DNA of 64,000 nucleotides, from the NCBI GenBank assembly GCA_965207735.1, contig OZ242296.1, positions 4,832,001-4,896,000 on the forward strand, written 5' to 3'. Positions within the stretch are counted from its first letter, which is position 1; each line of letters begins with the position of its first letter. The notes beneath the pieces are model-generated. The model was given only the letters and a program-made list of their open reading frames with translations, had not been told where the DNA came from and made no database searches. This DNA comes from Candidatus Versatilivorator sp. GTDB lineage: Bacteria; Acidobacteriota; Terriglobia; Versatilivoradales; Versatilivoraceae. Shown in pieces: positions 11,701 through 21,133 of the stretch. A program made the translations under genes and the position numbers.

Positions 11701-14700
11701 AAGCGTCTCGGCTTCCTCCTCTTGCTGGTCCGCCTTGGCCTCGAGCGTGGTCGTCACCGAGGAGGCTCCCGCCGCCAGCATCAGCATCGGTGGTACACCC
11801 GTGTAGTCCGCCTCCGACGCCGTGCCGGACAGGGCCAGCGTGATGGCCTGGTCCTCGGCGAACGTCACCGCGTTGGAGATCGCCAGCGTCAGCGTCACGG
11901 TCTGTCCCTCGCGGATCGCCTCTGCATTCGCCGACACGGTGAACGTCGCCGCGTCGTTGTCCTCCACGGTCACTGAGGCCGAGGCGTCCGAGCCGACCGT
12001 GTAGCCGGTGCCAGCGATGACCGTCGCGGTCATCGTGCTGTCCGCCTCCACAACGCTGTCCTCGTCGCTAGGCACGCTCAGCGTGGCGCTGGTCGAGCCT
12101 TTGGCAAACGACACAGACGCCGGGGGCGTCCCGGACAGGGCCGAGCCGGTCTCGGTCACCTGGACCGCCACGGCCAGTGCTTCCGGTGCCGCCTGGTCCA
12201 GGGTCACCGTGAACGACGCGGCGGCACCCTCTGCGACAGGAGTCGCGCCCGCCGTGATGGCCGCTATCGGCAAAGCCGCCCGTGTCACCGTCGCAGCGTA
12301 GGTTCTGGTCGTGGTCCCGTCCTCGGCCGTGACGGTCACCATGATCGTGTTCTCGCCTTCCGCTAGAGCGACATCGGACCCGGGGTCGATCGCCACCGTC
12401 GCGCCGGAGTGATTGGCGGTGGCTGTCACGGTCGTGGCGGTAACGGAATTTGCGACGCTCGCCATGTAGGCTGTCGTCGTGCCGGAAAACGTCCCGATGT
12501 CGATGCCGGACAGGCTCAGCCTGCTCAGCGTCGCGTCGCTTGACGGAACAATCCCCAACAGAATCGCGCTCACTGCTCCCCACGTCTGAGTGGTGTCCTT
12601 CCCGCGCACGAACACGATATGCCGTCCCATGCTCAATCCACTCGTGTTGAGGTTCGCCCTATACCGGCCCTCCCCCTGGCTCGTCATTGGAATCGCCACG
12701 GGCGATGGGTCCGAGGACCACGGTGGCACGTCGATGTAGTACTCGGCAGCCGAGACGTCCTGTACCGATTCGACACCATTCGAATTCTGGAACTGCCGGT
12801 CGGTCAGTGTCGCGCTGAGCGCGACCGTTGTACCGGACCTGACAGCGTTCGGCCACTCTCCGGCACCCAGCGAGAGTGTGCCGCGCACGACGTCCGGGCC
12901 CGAGGGAGTGATGTACGGTGCCCGAGCGACCTTGGCTGCGTAATACAGGGATGGCAGGTTTTCGGAAACCACCGTGTCATTGAATTCCGAGCATCCTTCG
13001 AAGTACCTCGTGCCGAGTTCGTACGTGAACGCGGCAACCCCGAGCACCCCGTATGAGAAGTCTCTCGTCGTTCCGTCCGTCATGTACAATCCCTGCGCCT
13101 TCATGGGTCTGTAGTCGTTGAAGAATGCCAGCTTGCGGGCGAGTGTCTGCAGCTCGTCATGGTTCGCGGCCCTTCTCGCGAAGCCATATGGGAACAGGAT
13201 CAACTCACCCGAACTGTGAACGTCCAGCATGACGCCTGTGGTGTCCTCGGGAGCCGCATCGGAAAGACCTGCCCCTCGCTGATCCCGAAAGATCTGCCTC
13301 ATGTAGTCCTGGATGGCCCGAACCTCGGGCTCCGACGCTGGCGAACCGCCGTTAAAGGTCGGCAAGCATGGGTTGTCGCTGGAGCCGCCACAGCAATCCC
13401 ATGCGAAGTCGAAATTGCGGTTGAGGTCCGTGCCCCTCCCGCGAGCAGTGCGTTGAAACACGTCAACAACGCAGGAATTCTGGCTCCTGCTCTTCCTCCA
13501 CAGGATTCCTGATTCCGCCACCTTGCGACCGTCCGGGTTCCCTTGCAGGACCAGGTGAATCTCGTGGTGGTCGAGTAGCCAGGTCGCGTCTGCGTCAAGG
13601 CCGTAATTGTCGGTCAGGTGCTCGGCGAAGCGGGTCATCAATTCGGCCGGCGTGTACTCGCGGGCATGTATCGACGACAGGCCGAGGAACGTGGGCTTTG
13701 GGCCGGGTACCTGGGAATTGGTCAGGACCAGGACATTCATGTCGTAGCCGCCTGATCCCTCACTCTTGAGCCAGGAATCACCAATGTCGGACCAGCTGGC
13801 CAAGTCAGGGAACTTCTCGACAATCGCCTCGGCAGATGCAAAGGTCTCCTCGACGGTCCGGTAACAGGAATAGCCGGGAATGCGCCTGCGGACAGATTTG
13901 GAAATCGCTGGCAGCTCCTCTATTGGCTTTCCCCTTGGCGGGGAGACGATGCGCTCAGGCGGGGAGACGATGCGCTCAAGATCCTCCGGGCTAACGACTG
14001 CCACCCTCAATCCGCGTCGCCTCAGCTCGTCGAGTTGTTCGGGGGTCACCTCCACGACCAGCTGTTTCCGGTCGTAGTCGGTGACGATTGGCTCCAGGCT
14101 CGCCGCCAGAAGCGCGCCGGTGGCTTCATCCTCGAAGTAGATCCTGACAATCTGGAACTCGTGGATGGCTTGCCCGGAGACATCTTCGGCGACCGTCGTG
14201 ACCAAGATGCTAACCGTTGCGTCGGCGGCATCCGTACCGTCGGAGGCGGTGACCGTGACCGAGTAGAACGACTTGGCTTGGTGGTTGTAGGTAACGCCGG
14301 CTTTGGTCCGGATCTGCCCGCTCGTCGACACGATGTCGAAGAAGGCCGCGTCGGTGCCCCCGAGCGAATATGTGAGGGTGTCGCTCGAGTCCGTGTCGGT
14401 GGCGGCGACGGGATCGCCGATATTCTGTCCCGCAGGAGCGTTTTCGGCGACCGAGCGGGTGACCGTGACGGGGTTGAACACCGGTGCGCTGTTCTGGGCG
14501 GAGGCCGGAACAGCGAGCACGGTCAGGACGATCGGCGCGAGGAGCAGCAAGCATCGGTTGTTCTCGAAGGATCGCCCGAGATTCACCAGCCATGCACCGC
14601 GTACCGACCCGCAGGGCCGCGCCCAGCCCTTTCCAGAGGTTCCGCCAGCCAACCCCCCACCGAGTGCGTCCAGGCGGAGGTAACGGGCGTCTACGAGCCC

Positions 14701-14739
14701 ACCCGCTGCGGGGGGGATGCACGAAGGAATCCCCTGCAC
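8800..14739 (-). CDS. Large secreted mosaic protein: cadherin domain, M14 zinc carboxypeptidase, cadherin-like/Calx-beta sandwiches, beta-propeller-like repeats, internalin-like LRRs (true start probably ~50 codons downstream)
   Basis: 1979-aa ORF; signal-like LAPIVLTVLAVPASAQ; NSAPVF..RSVAEN cadherin; HARE, DLNRN, DVHS, YEL M14 residues; repeated GLWSDGETLWV; LxxLxLxxNxIxDLxPL repeats. Confidence 0.88.
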   Translation of the reverse strand: MQGIPSCIPPAAGGLVDARYLRLDALGGGLAGGTSGKGWARPCGSVRGAWLVNLGRSFENNRCLLLLAPIVLTVLAVPASAQNSAPVFNPVTVTRSVAENAPAGQNIGDPVAATDTDSSDTLTYSLGGTDAAFFDIVSTSGQIRTKAGVTYNHQAKSFYSVTVTASDGTDAADATVSILVTTVAEDVSGQAIHEFQIVRIYFEDEATGALLAASLEPIVTDYDRKQLVVEVTPEQLDELRRRGLRVAVVSPEDLERIVSPPERIVSPPRGKPIEELPAISKSVRRRIPGYSCYRTVEETFASAEAIVEKFPDLASWSDIGDSWLKSEGSGGYDMNVLVLTNSQVPGPKPTFLGLSSIHAREYTPAELMTRFAEHLTDNYGLDADATWLLDHHEIHLVLQGNPDGRKVAESGILWRKSRSQNSCVVDVFQRTARGRGTDLNRNFDFAWDCCGGSSDNPCLPTFNGGSPASEPEVRAIQDYMRQIFRDQRGAGLSDAAPEDTTGVMLDVHSSGELILFPYGFARRAANHDELQTLARKLAFFNDYRPMKAQGLYMTDGTTRDFSYGVLGVAAFTYELGTRYFEGCSEFNDTVVSENLPSLYYAAKVARAPYITPSGPDVVRGTLSLGAGEWPNAVRSGTTVALSATLTDRQFQNSNGVESVQDVSAAEYYIDVPPWSSDPSPVAIPMTSQGEGRYRANLNTSGLSMGRHIVFVRGKDTTQTWGAVSAILLGIVPSSDATLSRLSLSGIDIGTFSGTTTAYMASVANSVTATTVTATANHSGATVAIDPGSDVALAEGENTIMVTVTAEDGTTTRTYAATVTRAALPIAAITAGATPVAEGAAASFTVTLDQAAPEALAVAVQVTETGSALSGTPPASVSFAKGSTSATLSVPSDEDSVVEADSTMTATVIAGTGYTVGSDASASVTVEDNDAATFTVSANAEAIREGQTVTLTLAISNAVTFAEDQAITLALSGTASEADYTGVPPMLMLAAGASSVTTTLEAKADQQEEEAETLTVTASLGESPIGSATVTITSVSQDATLADLDLSGIDIGTFSGAVSTYQATVSHSVGTTTVTATANHSAATVSIEPGHEVGLDKGANRIAVTVTAEDGATTKTYTVTVTRAELPVVSIVAVEERVAGPIGAFRLTRTGSTAEALEVQVLVTDTRSQRATPMTVRFRAGQASKTHKIQGGNNRLVEDDIGVTSTLQEGAGYALSAEQASASLVLEESDVPAFAVSVEPAEIVEGAAATVTVEITNGVRFQQDQTIDLSLSGTASGSDYTGVPATLRLREFQTTTTAATLIAEVDEEEESEETVTITASHGGSEIGSATVMIAASEAAAPLTAQFAGTPARHDGETAFRFELRFSEETAISYRTLRDTAFEVTGGSVTRARRMKRPSNLRWEITVEPMSDADVVLALPSTTDCSAEGAVCTAGGKGLSQRVTATVEGPSEVETAGFPLARENSRPSGIWSDGETAWVADLDDARLYAYRRSDGERQPGKDIATEAAPMGLWSDGETLWVAGLGGGLRAHRLADGSRLAGRDLPLEANAAPAGLWSDGETAWVSSWLGDTVHAYRLSDGRRVADREIKLDGGNLMPVGLWSNGETLWVADWRERLHAYRLADGRREPQLDITVGAADTDPTGLWSGGGTLLSTSWEDREVRAYRVPVVGDAPAAEVGAANRDGWPGIVPLIGDPGLRAAIREALGKESGEPVSAGELAGLGSLSARNRGIRDLTGIEAATGLKALDLGFNPLADLRPLAGLPALESVNLDGAALDLGPLAVLTGLRRLSVRHNLIDDLRALAALSALTELDVGDNRIEDLGPLAALGRLAVLRADRNRIGDLWPLAGLTGLQVLELGANRVRDLQPLAGLERLESLQLAGNGLAELHSLSGLKRLTSLGLAGNAIKNLGPIAGLDGLQRLDLRGNFVGDLWSLRGLSSLAWVHIGGSRIKDLAPLDGLDRLTVAGRDDLEPPSAGGGPLQ

Positions 14740-15005
14740 CTCATCTTGACCCGCAGGCTTCGAATCATCACTGGCTGTTACTGGTCGGGCCAGACTTCTG
14801 CCGGGCAGCCTTCTCCGCTGATCCCGACCTGCTCTGAACCCGAGAACCAGGGGAGGGAATCGATGCGTTAACCAGGAAAGTTTGTTAGTAAGCGGTTCTG
14901 AAATGATCGTTAATTCACAGAAACTATGGAATATCTTCTCAATCAGCCCGATCAGGTGCTAATTGCCCGATATAAAGACAAATATTTCATGAAAATATTG
15001 CCTAG

Positions 15006-17089
15006 CCCATCTTTAACAAAGAAACGGCCGATTTGAGGTATTTTACCCCCATTTTAGCCTAAAACCACCCGTAAGTTGTTGATTCTTGGTTGAGGAGGTG
15101 AATGTAGTGCCATAATCGTATGGGATGGGCTTGACCCCCTCTCTCTCCTCTGGTAGCGTCCCTCCCATGTTCATCCGACGCACCCAGACCCGCAGCCTCC
15201 ATTCCGGACAGACCTACTTCACCCACCGCCTCGTCCGCTCCCATCGCGTCAGTGGCAAGGTCCGCCAGCAGACCCTCCTCAACCTCGGTCGACACTTCTC
15301 GATCCCCCGTGAGGACTGGCCCTTGTTGTGCCGCCGTCTCGATCAGATCCTCACCGGTCAGTTGCCTCTCTTGCCGGTGGCTTCCACCCCGTTGGAGGAG
15401 GAAGCCCAACGCATGGCCCAGCGCTTGCTTGAGGGCGAAGCCGACGTGACCGGCGTTGGCGGGGAGGCCGCCTCAGAGGACCTGCAGACGGTCGAGGTGG
15501 ATTCGGTGGCCTTGACACGTCCGCGCAGCGTGGGGGTGGAGCAGGTCGGTTGCTGGGCGCTGGAGCAGTTGGGGCTGGGGGATCTGCTGACCGAGTTAGG
15601 GCTGAACGGACCGATGCGGGCAGCGGCGTTGGGGGCCATGGTAGGCCGTCTGGCCCGACCGGGCTCGGAGAGGGCCACCTGGGGCTGGCTCAGGCGGCGC
15701 AGCGGCTTGGGCGAGTTGCTGGAGGTTGACTTCGAGAGCCTGAGTCTGATGCAGATGTATCGGGCCTCGGACGCGCTGATGAAGCATCGGGAGGCCATCG
15801 AGCGTCACCTCTTCACCCGGGCCATGGGGTTGTTCGATCTGGAGCCGACCGTCACCCTGTTCGATCTGACCAACACCTTCTTCGAAGGGGCGGCCAGCCA
15901 TCAGCCCAAGGCCGAGCGGGGCCACTCGAAGGACAAGCGCAGCGACTGTCGGCTGCTGACGCTGGGGTTGGTGCTGGACGGGGCGGGGTTTGTGCGCCGC
16001 TCGGAGGTCTTTGCCGGTAGGGTGGATGAGCCCCGCACCCTGGAGGGGATGCTGGAGGCGCTGGAGGCGCCCCGGGGAGCCTTGGTGGTGATGGATCGGG
16101 GGGTGGCGACCGAGGACCGGATCCAGTGGTTGAGGGAGGAAGGGTATCGCTACCTGGTGGCCAGCCGCCAGGGCCGGAGGCAGTTCGATGCCGAGGCGGC
16201 CGTGACGGTGGAGACGGCTTCCAAGGCCGAGCTGCAGCTCCACAAGGAGATCTCCGACGACGGGCAGGAAGTGCGTCTCTACTGCCGCTCACAGCAGCGG
16301 GCTGAGAAGGAGAAGGGCATCGTGGAGCGCTTCAGCCGGCGCTTCGAGCAGGGGCTCACCCGACTCTCCGAGGGGCTTTCCCGGCCGCGGACTCACAAAG
16401 GCGTCGAGAAGGTCCGGGAGAGGATCGGGCGGCTGAAGGAACAGAGCCGCGGGGTGGGGCAACACTACAGCATCGAGGTCCTCACCGACGAGAGCGGCCG
16501 CAAGGCGACAGCGCTGAGATGGAAGCACCGTCCCCGCCAGGGCTCGATGGCCACCCATCCGGGGGTCTACTGCCTGCGCAGCAACCAGACTGACTGGGAC
16601 GAGGAAAGTCTCTGGCGTACCTACACGACTCTGACCGACGTGGAAGCGGTGTTTCGCTCCCTGAAGTCCGAGCTGGGCCTGCGGCCCATCTATCATCACA
16701 AGCCGGTGCGCTCGGAAGGTCACCTGTTTCTGACGGTCATCGCCTATCAACTGGTGCAGGTCATCCGCAAACGCCTCAAGCAGCGCGGCGAGGCCTCCAG
16801 TTGGACCACGCTGCGGCGCATCCTGGAAGGACAGCAGCGGGTCACGGTCACCTTCCGGCGTCAGGACGGGCGGACCTTGCACGTCCGCAAGGCCACACGG
16901 GCCGAACCCGATCAGAGGGCCATCTACGACGCCCTGGGCATCGATCCCTCTCCTGGAGGGATCCGCAAGATGATCGTCTGATTCCTCCAAAATCTCCGGT
17001 TTCAACGCGTTTGTAGTGCCACTTGCGCGTTGAGCCTTTTGTAACCTGTTGATAATAAACGTATACTTGGAAGCCGTGTTAAAGATGGG
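15006..17089 (+). mobile_element. IS1634-family insertion sequence
   Basis: Perfect 13-bp TIR CCCATCTTTAACA (15006-15018)/TGTTAAAGATGGG (17077-17089), flanked both sides by CTAG; subterminal TGTAGTGCCA at 15103 and 17012. Confidence 0.9.
15167..16981 (+). CDS. IS1634-family DDE transposase
   Basis: LFDLTNTFFEG, GHSKDKRSD, VMDRG, VEAVFRSLKSELGLRPIYH. Confidence 0.92.
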   Translation: MFIRRTQTRSLHSGQTYFTHRLVRSHRVSGKVRQQTLLNLGRHFSIPREDWPLLCRRLDQILTGQLPLLPVASTPLEEEAQRMAQRLLEGEADVTGVGGEAASEDLQTVEVDSVALTRPRSVGVEQVGCWALEQLGLGDLLTELGLNGPMRAAALGAMVGRLARPGSERATWGWLRRRSGLGELLEVDFESLSLMQMYRASDALMKHREAIERHLFTRAMGLFDLEPTVTLFDLTNTFFEGAASHQPKAERGHSKDKRSDCRLLTLGLVLDGAGFVRRSEVFAGRVDEPRTLEGMLEALEAPRGALVVMDRGVATEDRIQWLREEGYRYLVASRQGRRQFDAEAAVTVETASKAELQLHKEISDDGQEVRLYCRSQQRAEKEKGIVERFSRRFEQGLTRLSEGLSRPRTHKGVEKVRERIGRLKEQSRGVGQHYSIEVLTDESGRKATALRWKHRPRQGSMATHPGVYCLRSNQTDWDEESLWRTYTTLTDVEAVFRSLKSELGLRPIYHHKPVRSEGHLFLTVIAYQLVQVIRKRLKQRGEASSWTTLRRILEGQQRVTVTFRRQDGRTLHVRKATRAEPDQRAIYDALGIDPSPGGIRKMIV

Positions 17090-17412
17090 CTAGACCTACT
17101 TAAAGGTAAGCTTAAGGTAGCATATCTTATGTATTGGCTAACATAATTTATGTATTCAGACAAAAAGGTGCCTACGCCAGAGAACAACAACTGGAGAGGG
17201 AACGGCGCAACTGCTCAACTTTCTGCGGTGGAGTCGTCGTTTCTGGAGGTAGGGGCATGGGAGGCGGCGAGGACCCCAACAAGGAAGGACCAGGTAGAGC
17301 GCGATGCAGTAACAGGGGACGTTGTTGAATTACTGGAATTACTTGAACCGCTGGTTCGGAAATTTCATCTCCATGCGAGGCAGTGCCGCACCGGGCGCTG
17401 GTGAAGCTGGAC

Positions 17413-19509
17413 TTATTCGGTTGAATCCGGAATCTGGGAGAAAAGGGTAGGTTCCGTGTCGGGAGCCGGTTTCTTGCGGCTGCGGGTTGTTTTGCTGCGG
17501 GTGGTCCTCTTCCGGGCGGTCGTGGTCCTCCGGCGACTTTTCGGTGCGCTACCCGCGTCCGAGTCCGACTCGGTCATGGGCGTGGCAGCCTCGCTCAGCA
17601 GGGGTGCGTCGGCGGCCGGCGCCTCTACCGGGGATGCTGCATCCACTGAAGTCTGTCCTCCAGCGGCAGCCGTCGACGTGCTCTCCGGAGGTTGCTCCGG
17701 TGAGGCGACGGGAACCTCGGCCGGTGGGGCCTGCTCGGCTGCCTTGGCAGCGGACTTCCTGCTTGCGGCAGCACGACTCCCTGGAGAGCGCCGGCGGGGA
17801 CGGGCCGGTTTCTTTTCCACGGCCGGAGACGGCCCGGTGGATTGTTCGGCCGGGGTAGTATCGGCCGGGGGCAATTGTTCCACCACAGACTGTCCCTCCG
17901 CGGGGGAAGCGGCACTGGCCGCTGCGCTCACCGCGGGTTGATCCGGTGGCGCTGCGGCATGAACCTGATCCGGCGGGGCAGCGGGGACCTCGGGAGCCGG
18001 GGCGGCAGAAGCCTCCGCGGGAGGAGATTCCTCGGCTGCCTTGGCGGCGGCCTTCCGGCTCCCGGCAGCGCGACTCCTGGAAGAGCGCCGGCGGGGACGG
18101 GCCGGTTTCTTTTCCACGGCCGGAGACGGCCCGGTGGATTGTTCGGCCGGAGCGGTGTCCCCTGGGGGTAATTGTTCCACCTCAGACTGTCCCTCCGCGG
18201 GGGAAGCGGCACTGGCCACCGCGCTCTCTGCGGGCTGATCCGGTGGCGCTGCGGCAGGGGCCTGATCCGGCGGGACAGCGGGGACCGGGGCAGCAGAAGC
18301 CGGGGTAGCGGAAGCCTCTGCCGCAGGAGATTCCTCGGTCGCTTGGACGGCAGTCTTCCGGCTCCCGGCAGCGCGACTCCTGGAAGAGCGCCGGCGGGGA
18401 CGGGCCGGTTTCTTTTCCGCGGGCGGAGATGGCTCGGTGGATTGTTCGGTCGCGGAGGGTGGCTCGGTGGATTGTTCGGCCGAGGCGGCCTCTCCTGGAA
18501 GTGGGGCTTCGGCCGGAGGCTCGGATGTTTCCGGCATGGCCCGGGTGTCGGATCCGCTCTGAGGGTCGACGGGTGTGGCTTCAACCGGAGGCTGAGGATC
18601 GCTCTTGGCTTTCTCTCGAGCCCCCTGGCGGCGACCGCGGGAGGAGCGGGTTCTCGCCGGAGCACTACTTTTTCTGGCCGGCGAAGGGCTTTCGAGCCCG
18701 GATGTTGTCTCCGCCGACTCCTCCGAAGGCTTCTCCGTCCCGGCGCCATTCCCGCTCAAAGTGACGATGTAGCCGCCGCTCTTCTGGTCCTTGGTCAACT
18801 GGAGCAGCTTGTTTTCGGCGGCATCCTCCAAAAGTCGGGAGAAGCTCGGGTAGCCGAAGTAGCTCTCGTTGAATGACGGCAGCTTCCGGACCAGCGTCTG
18901 CTTGATGACGGAGCCGTAGATGACTTCCTTGCCTTCCCGCTGTAGCGCCTCAAAGGTCTCGACGACCAGCCGCAGGGCCTCGGCCTTCTTGCGAGGCAGT
19001 CCATTCAGCTTGGGAGCCAAGGTCGTATTTTCAGCGGCGGGCCGGACCAGATCTTCATAAAAGATGAACTCGTCGCAGTTGTTGATCAACAGATCGGAGG
19101 AAGACTGCTTGACCCCCATCCCGATCACGTAGCGGCCGTATTCCCTCAACTTCGAGACCAGGGGGGAAAAGTCGCTGTCTCCGGAGACCAGGACAAAGGT
19201 ATCGATGTGGTCCCTTTGATAGGACAGATCCAGCGCATCCACCACCATTCGGATGTCAGCGCTGTTCTTGCCGCTGTAACGGGTCTGGGGGACGTCGATC
19301 AGCTCGATTGCAGCCTGATGAAAAGCCCTCTTGAATTCGGTGTAGCGATGCCAGTCGGAGTAGGCCCGCTTGACGGTGATCTTCCCCTTTTCGACCAGTC
19401 GCTTGAGGACGAGGTCGATGTCGAAATTGCCGTATCGACTCTCGCGGACACCCATGGCCACGTTCTCAAAGTCGATAAAGACGGCAATTCTTCGTTCGTC
19501 GATCTGCAT
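17413..19509 (-). CDS. NYN-domain RNase with OST-HTH/LOTUS domain and long repetitive Pro/Ala/Ser-rich tail
   Basis: IAVFIDFEN, GKNSADI, VSGDSDFSPL; FNESYFGYPSFSRLLE; ~450-aa low-complexity tail. Confidence 0.9.
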   Translation of the reverse strand: MQIDERRIAVFIDFENVAMGVRESRYGNFDIDLVLKRLVEKGKITVKRAYSDWHRYTEFKRAFHQAAIELIDVPQTRYSGKNSADIRMVVDALDLSYQRDHIDTFVLVSGDSDFSPLVSKLREYGRYVIGMGVKQSSSDLLINNCDEFIFYEDLVRPAAENTTLAPKLNGLPRKKAEALRLVVETFEALQREGKEVIYGSVIKQTLVRKLPSFNESYFGYPSFSRLLEDAAENKLLQLTKDQKSGGYIVTLSGNGAGTEKPSEESAETTSGLESPSPARKSSAPARTRSSRGRRQGAREKAKSDPQPPVEATPVDPQSGSDTRAMPETSEPPAEAPLPGEAASAEQSTEPPSATEQSTEPSPPAEKKPARPRRRSSRSRAAGSRKTAVQATEESPAAEASATPASAAPVPAVPPDQAPAAAPPDQPAESAVASAASPAEGQSEVEQLPPGDTAPAEQSTGPSPAVEKKPARPRRRSSRSRAAGSRKAAAKAAEESPPAEASAAPAPEVPAAPPDQVHAAAPPDQPAVSAAASAASPAEGQSVVEQLPPADTTPAEQSTGPSPAVEKKPARPRRRSPGSRAAASRKSAAKAAEQAPPAEVPVASPEQPPESTSTAAAGGQTSVDAASPVEAPAADAPLLSEAATPMTESDSDAGSAPKSRRRTTTARKRTTRSKTTRSRKKPAPDTEPTLFSQIPDSTE
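17700..18480 (-). repeat. Intragenic ~300-bp tandem repeats (about 3 copies) in the NYN tail
   Basis: EQSTxPSPxxEKKPARPRRRSxxSRAA repeated three times. Confidence 0.85.
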
Positions 19510-19827
19510 GTCGGTTCCGCGCTAGTGTAACCCAGCCATAGACCTAACACAATGACTGGTGGGGAATCAGGCAGGATGATCCCACGCTACCAGAACTGGG
19601 ATGACCGGTCGGTGGCAAATGATAAGTGATGAATGATGAATGACTTTCGGCTCCGGGGTGATTCCACGCCGCCGGATTCAGGTTGTCCTGTAGTCGAGCC
19701 CCCTATCAGGCCCATTTCCCAGGTACGAACCGCTTGCAAACCACCCACATCGCCCCCAATAAGCCCTCCCCGAGACCTGAAACCAGCGTGGGATAGTCCT
19801 GGGGAATGCGGTGGGTGATCCCAGGCT

Positions 19828-19910
19828 GTAGGGGCAACCCTTGTGGGTGCCGGCTGTTTCCGTTCGACCGGTCAATCCCCGCACAGGGCGTCCATAAGGG
19901 ACGCCTCTAC
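19828..19910. repeat. REP doublet (REPIN-like)
   Basis: GTAGGGGCAACCCTTGTGGGTGCC and an inverted unit AGGGCGTCCATAAGGGACGCCTCTAC. Confidence 0.7.
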
Positions 19911-19936
19911 GGTGTTTTCGTGCGGTAGGGCGGGGG

Positions 19937-20929
19937 TCATCCGGACATTGCCTGTCTCTCGATCCGGCCTGGACCGGGAAGCAGGTGGTTTTCGGGCGCC
20001 AGATCCAGCCCGGAGAGTTCCTGTCGAAAATCGATGCATGCCGGCTCCGTCCGATCCAGGTAGGAAGCCTTGAGCCCGTTGAAGTCCGCGATGGTGCGCT
20101 GGCAGCCTCTGGCCAGCCTCATCCTGCCTTTTTGGGTCAGGTATCGCCGGTGGGATTCCAGTTGGACGATCAGCACGCCATAGTCGTGGGCCCATCCGAT
20201 GACGTCCTGCAGGTCCTTGGCCAGCTTGATCGCCCGTCCGAACCGCTGGTCGTAAGCCGCGTTCAGGAGTTCCAGTCGGTATCGCAGCTTCTTGGTGTTG
20301 ATCCTGAGGTCATGCAGACGCGTTTCGTATTCCTCTTCGGAAGGCGTCGCCTCGAAAGCAAAGATCTTTGCGACTTTCTGCCTGAGATCCCTGGTGCTGA
20401 TACTGAGGAACCCCTCAAACTCCAATTCCTGCCCCACCTGGGTAAGCAGCGAAGGTCTCGAGCGGTTCATGCGGGCGGTTTCGGCAAACCGGCTCAGCAT
20501 GGATTGGAGGGCGCCCTGGTCGATCCTTCCCACCTGCTTGAGCATCTTCCGGCGCTGGCGGGACTGTTCAAATTGGAAAATCTCCAGAAGGTACTCGTGG
20601 GTGGTGCTCAGGATCGGTGAGGGCCCCGGCTGGTAGGCTGCCAGCAGGCTGACATTGACATCGGTTTCCCGGGGCCGTCCCAGGACCCGGGTGATGTTCC
20701 TGACCGATGAAAGAACCTTCTTCAACTTCTTGGGGGCGTAGAAGGCGCTGAACACCTGGAAACACTCCCGCAGCCGGCGAGAGGCCACCCGCATATCGTG
20801 GAGGTGTTCGATATCCTTTCCCTCCCGAGTGCCGGCAGCCTGGGAAAACATGGCTCTCACCCAAAAGAGGGCCGACTCCGACGCAAAACCGCGGATGTCT
20901 TTATTCTTCAATGAGATAACTGGCTTCAT
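19937..20929 (-). CDS. CHAD domain protein
   Basis: HLHDMRVASRRLR, LHDLRINTKKLRY, LQDVIGWAHD. Confidence 0.9.
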   Translation of the reverse strand: MKPVISLKNKDIRGFASESALFWVRAMFSQAAGTREGKDIEHLHDMRVASRRLRECFQVFSAFYAPKKLKKVLSSVRNITRVLGRPRETDVNVSLLAAYQPGPSPILSTTHEYLLEIFQFEQSRQRRKMLKQVGRIDQGALQSMLSRFAETARMNRSRPSLLTQVGQELEFEGFLSISTRDLRQKVAKIFAFEATPSEEEYETRLHDLRINTKKLRYRLELLNAAYDQRFGRAIKLAKDLQDVIGWAHDYGVLIVQLESHRRYLTQKGRMRLARGCQRTIADFNGLKASYLDRTEPACIDFRQELSGLDLAPENHLLPGPGRIERQAMSG

Positions 20930-21133
20930 GGCTGGAACGTCCAGAGGGTATTCGCGGGAGGAGCCACCGCCCGACGCCCGGTTGGAGTCTTTTCTTTACC
21001 AAATCTTAATATAACACACCGGGACGGGCAGCCCAGCGCTGCCTGACAATCCATGAAGACTGTCTCGGCCTTCCGCCTTCGGGTACAATGCGGGCCAACC
21101 AGCCACACCGATTGTGAACCCGGTGAGGTGTCG

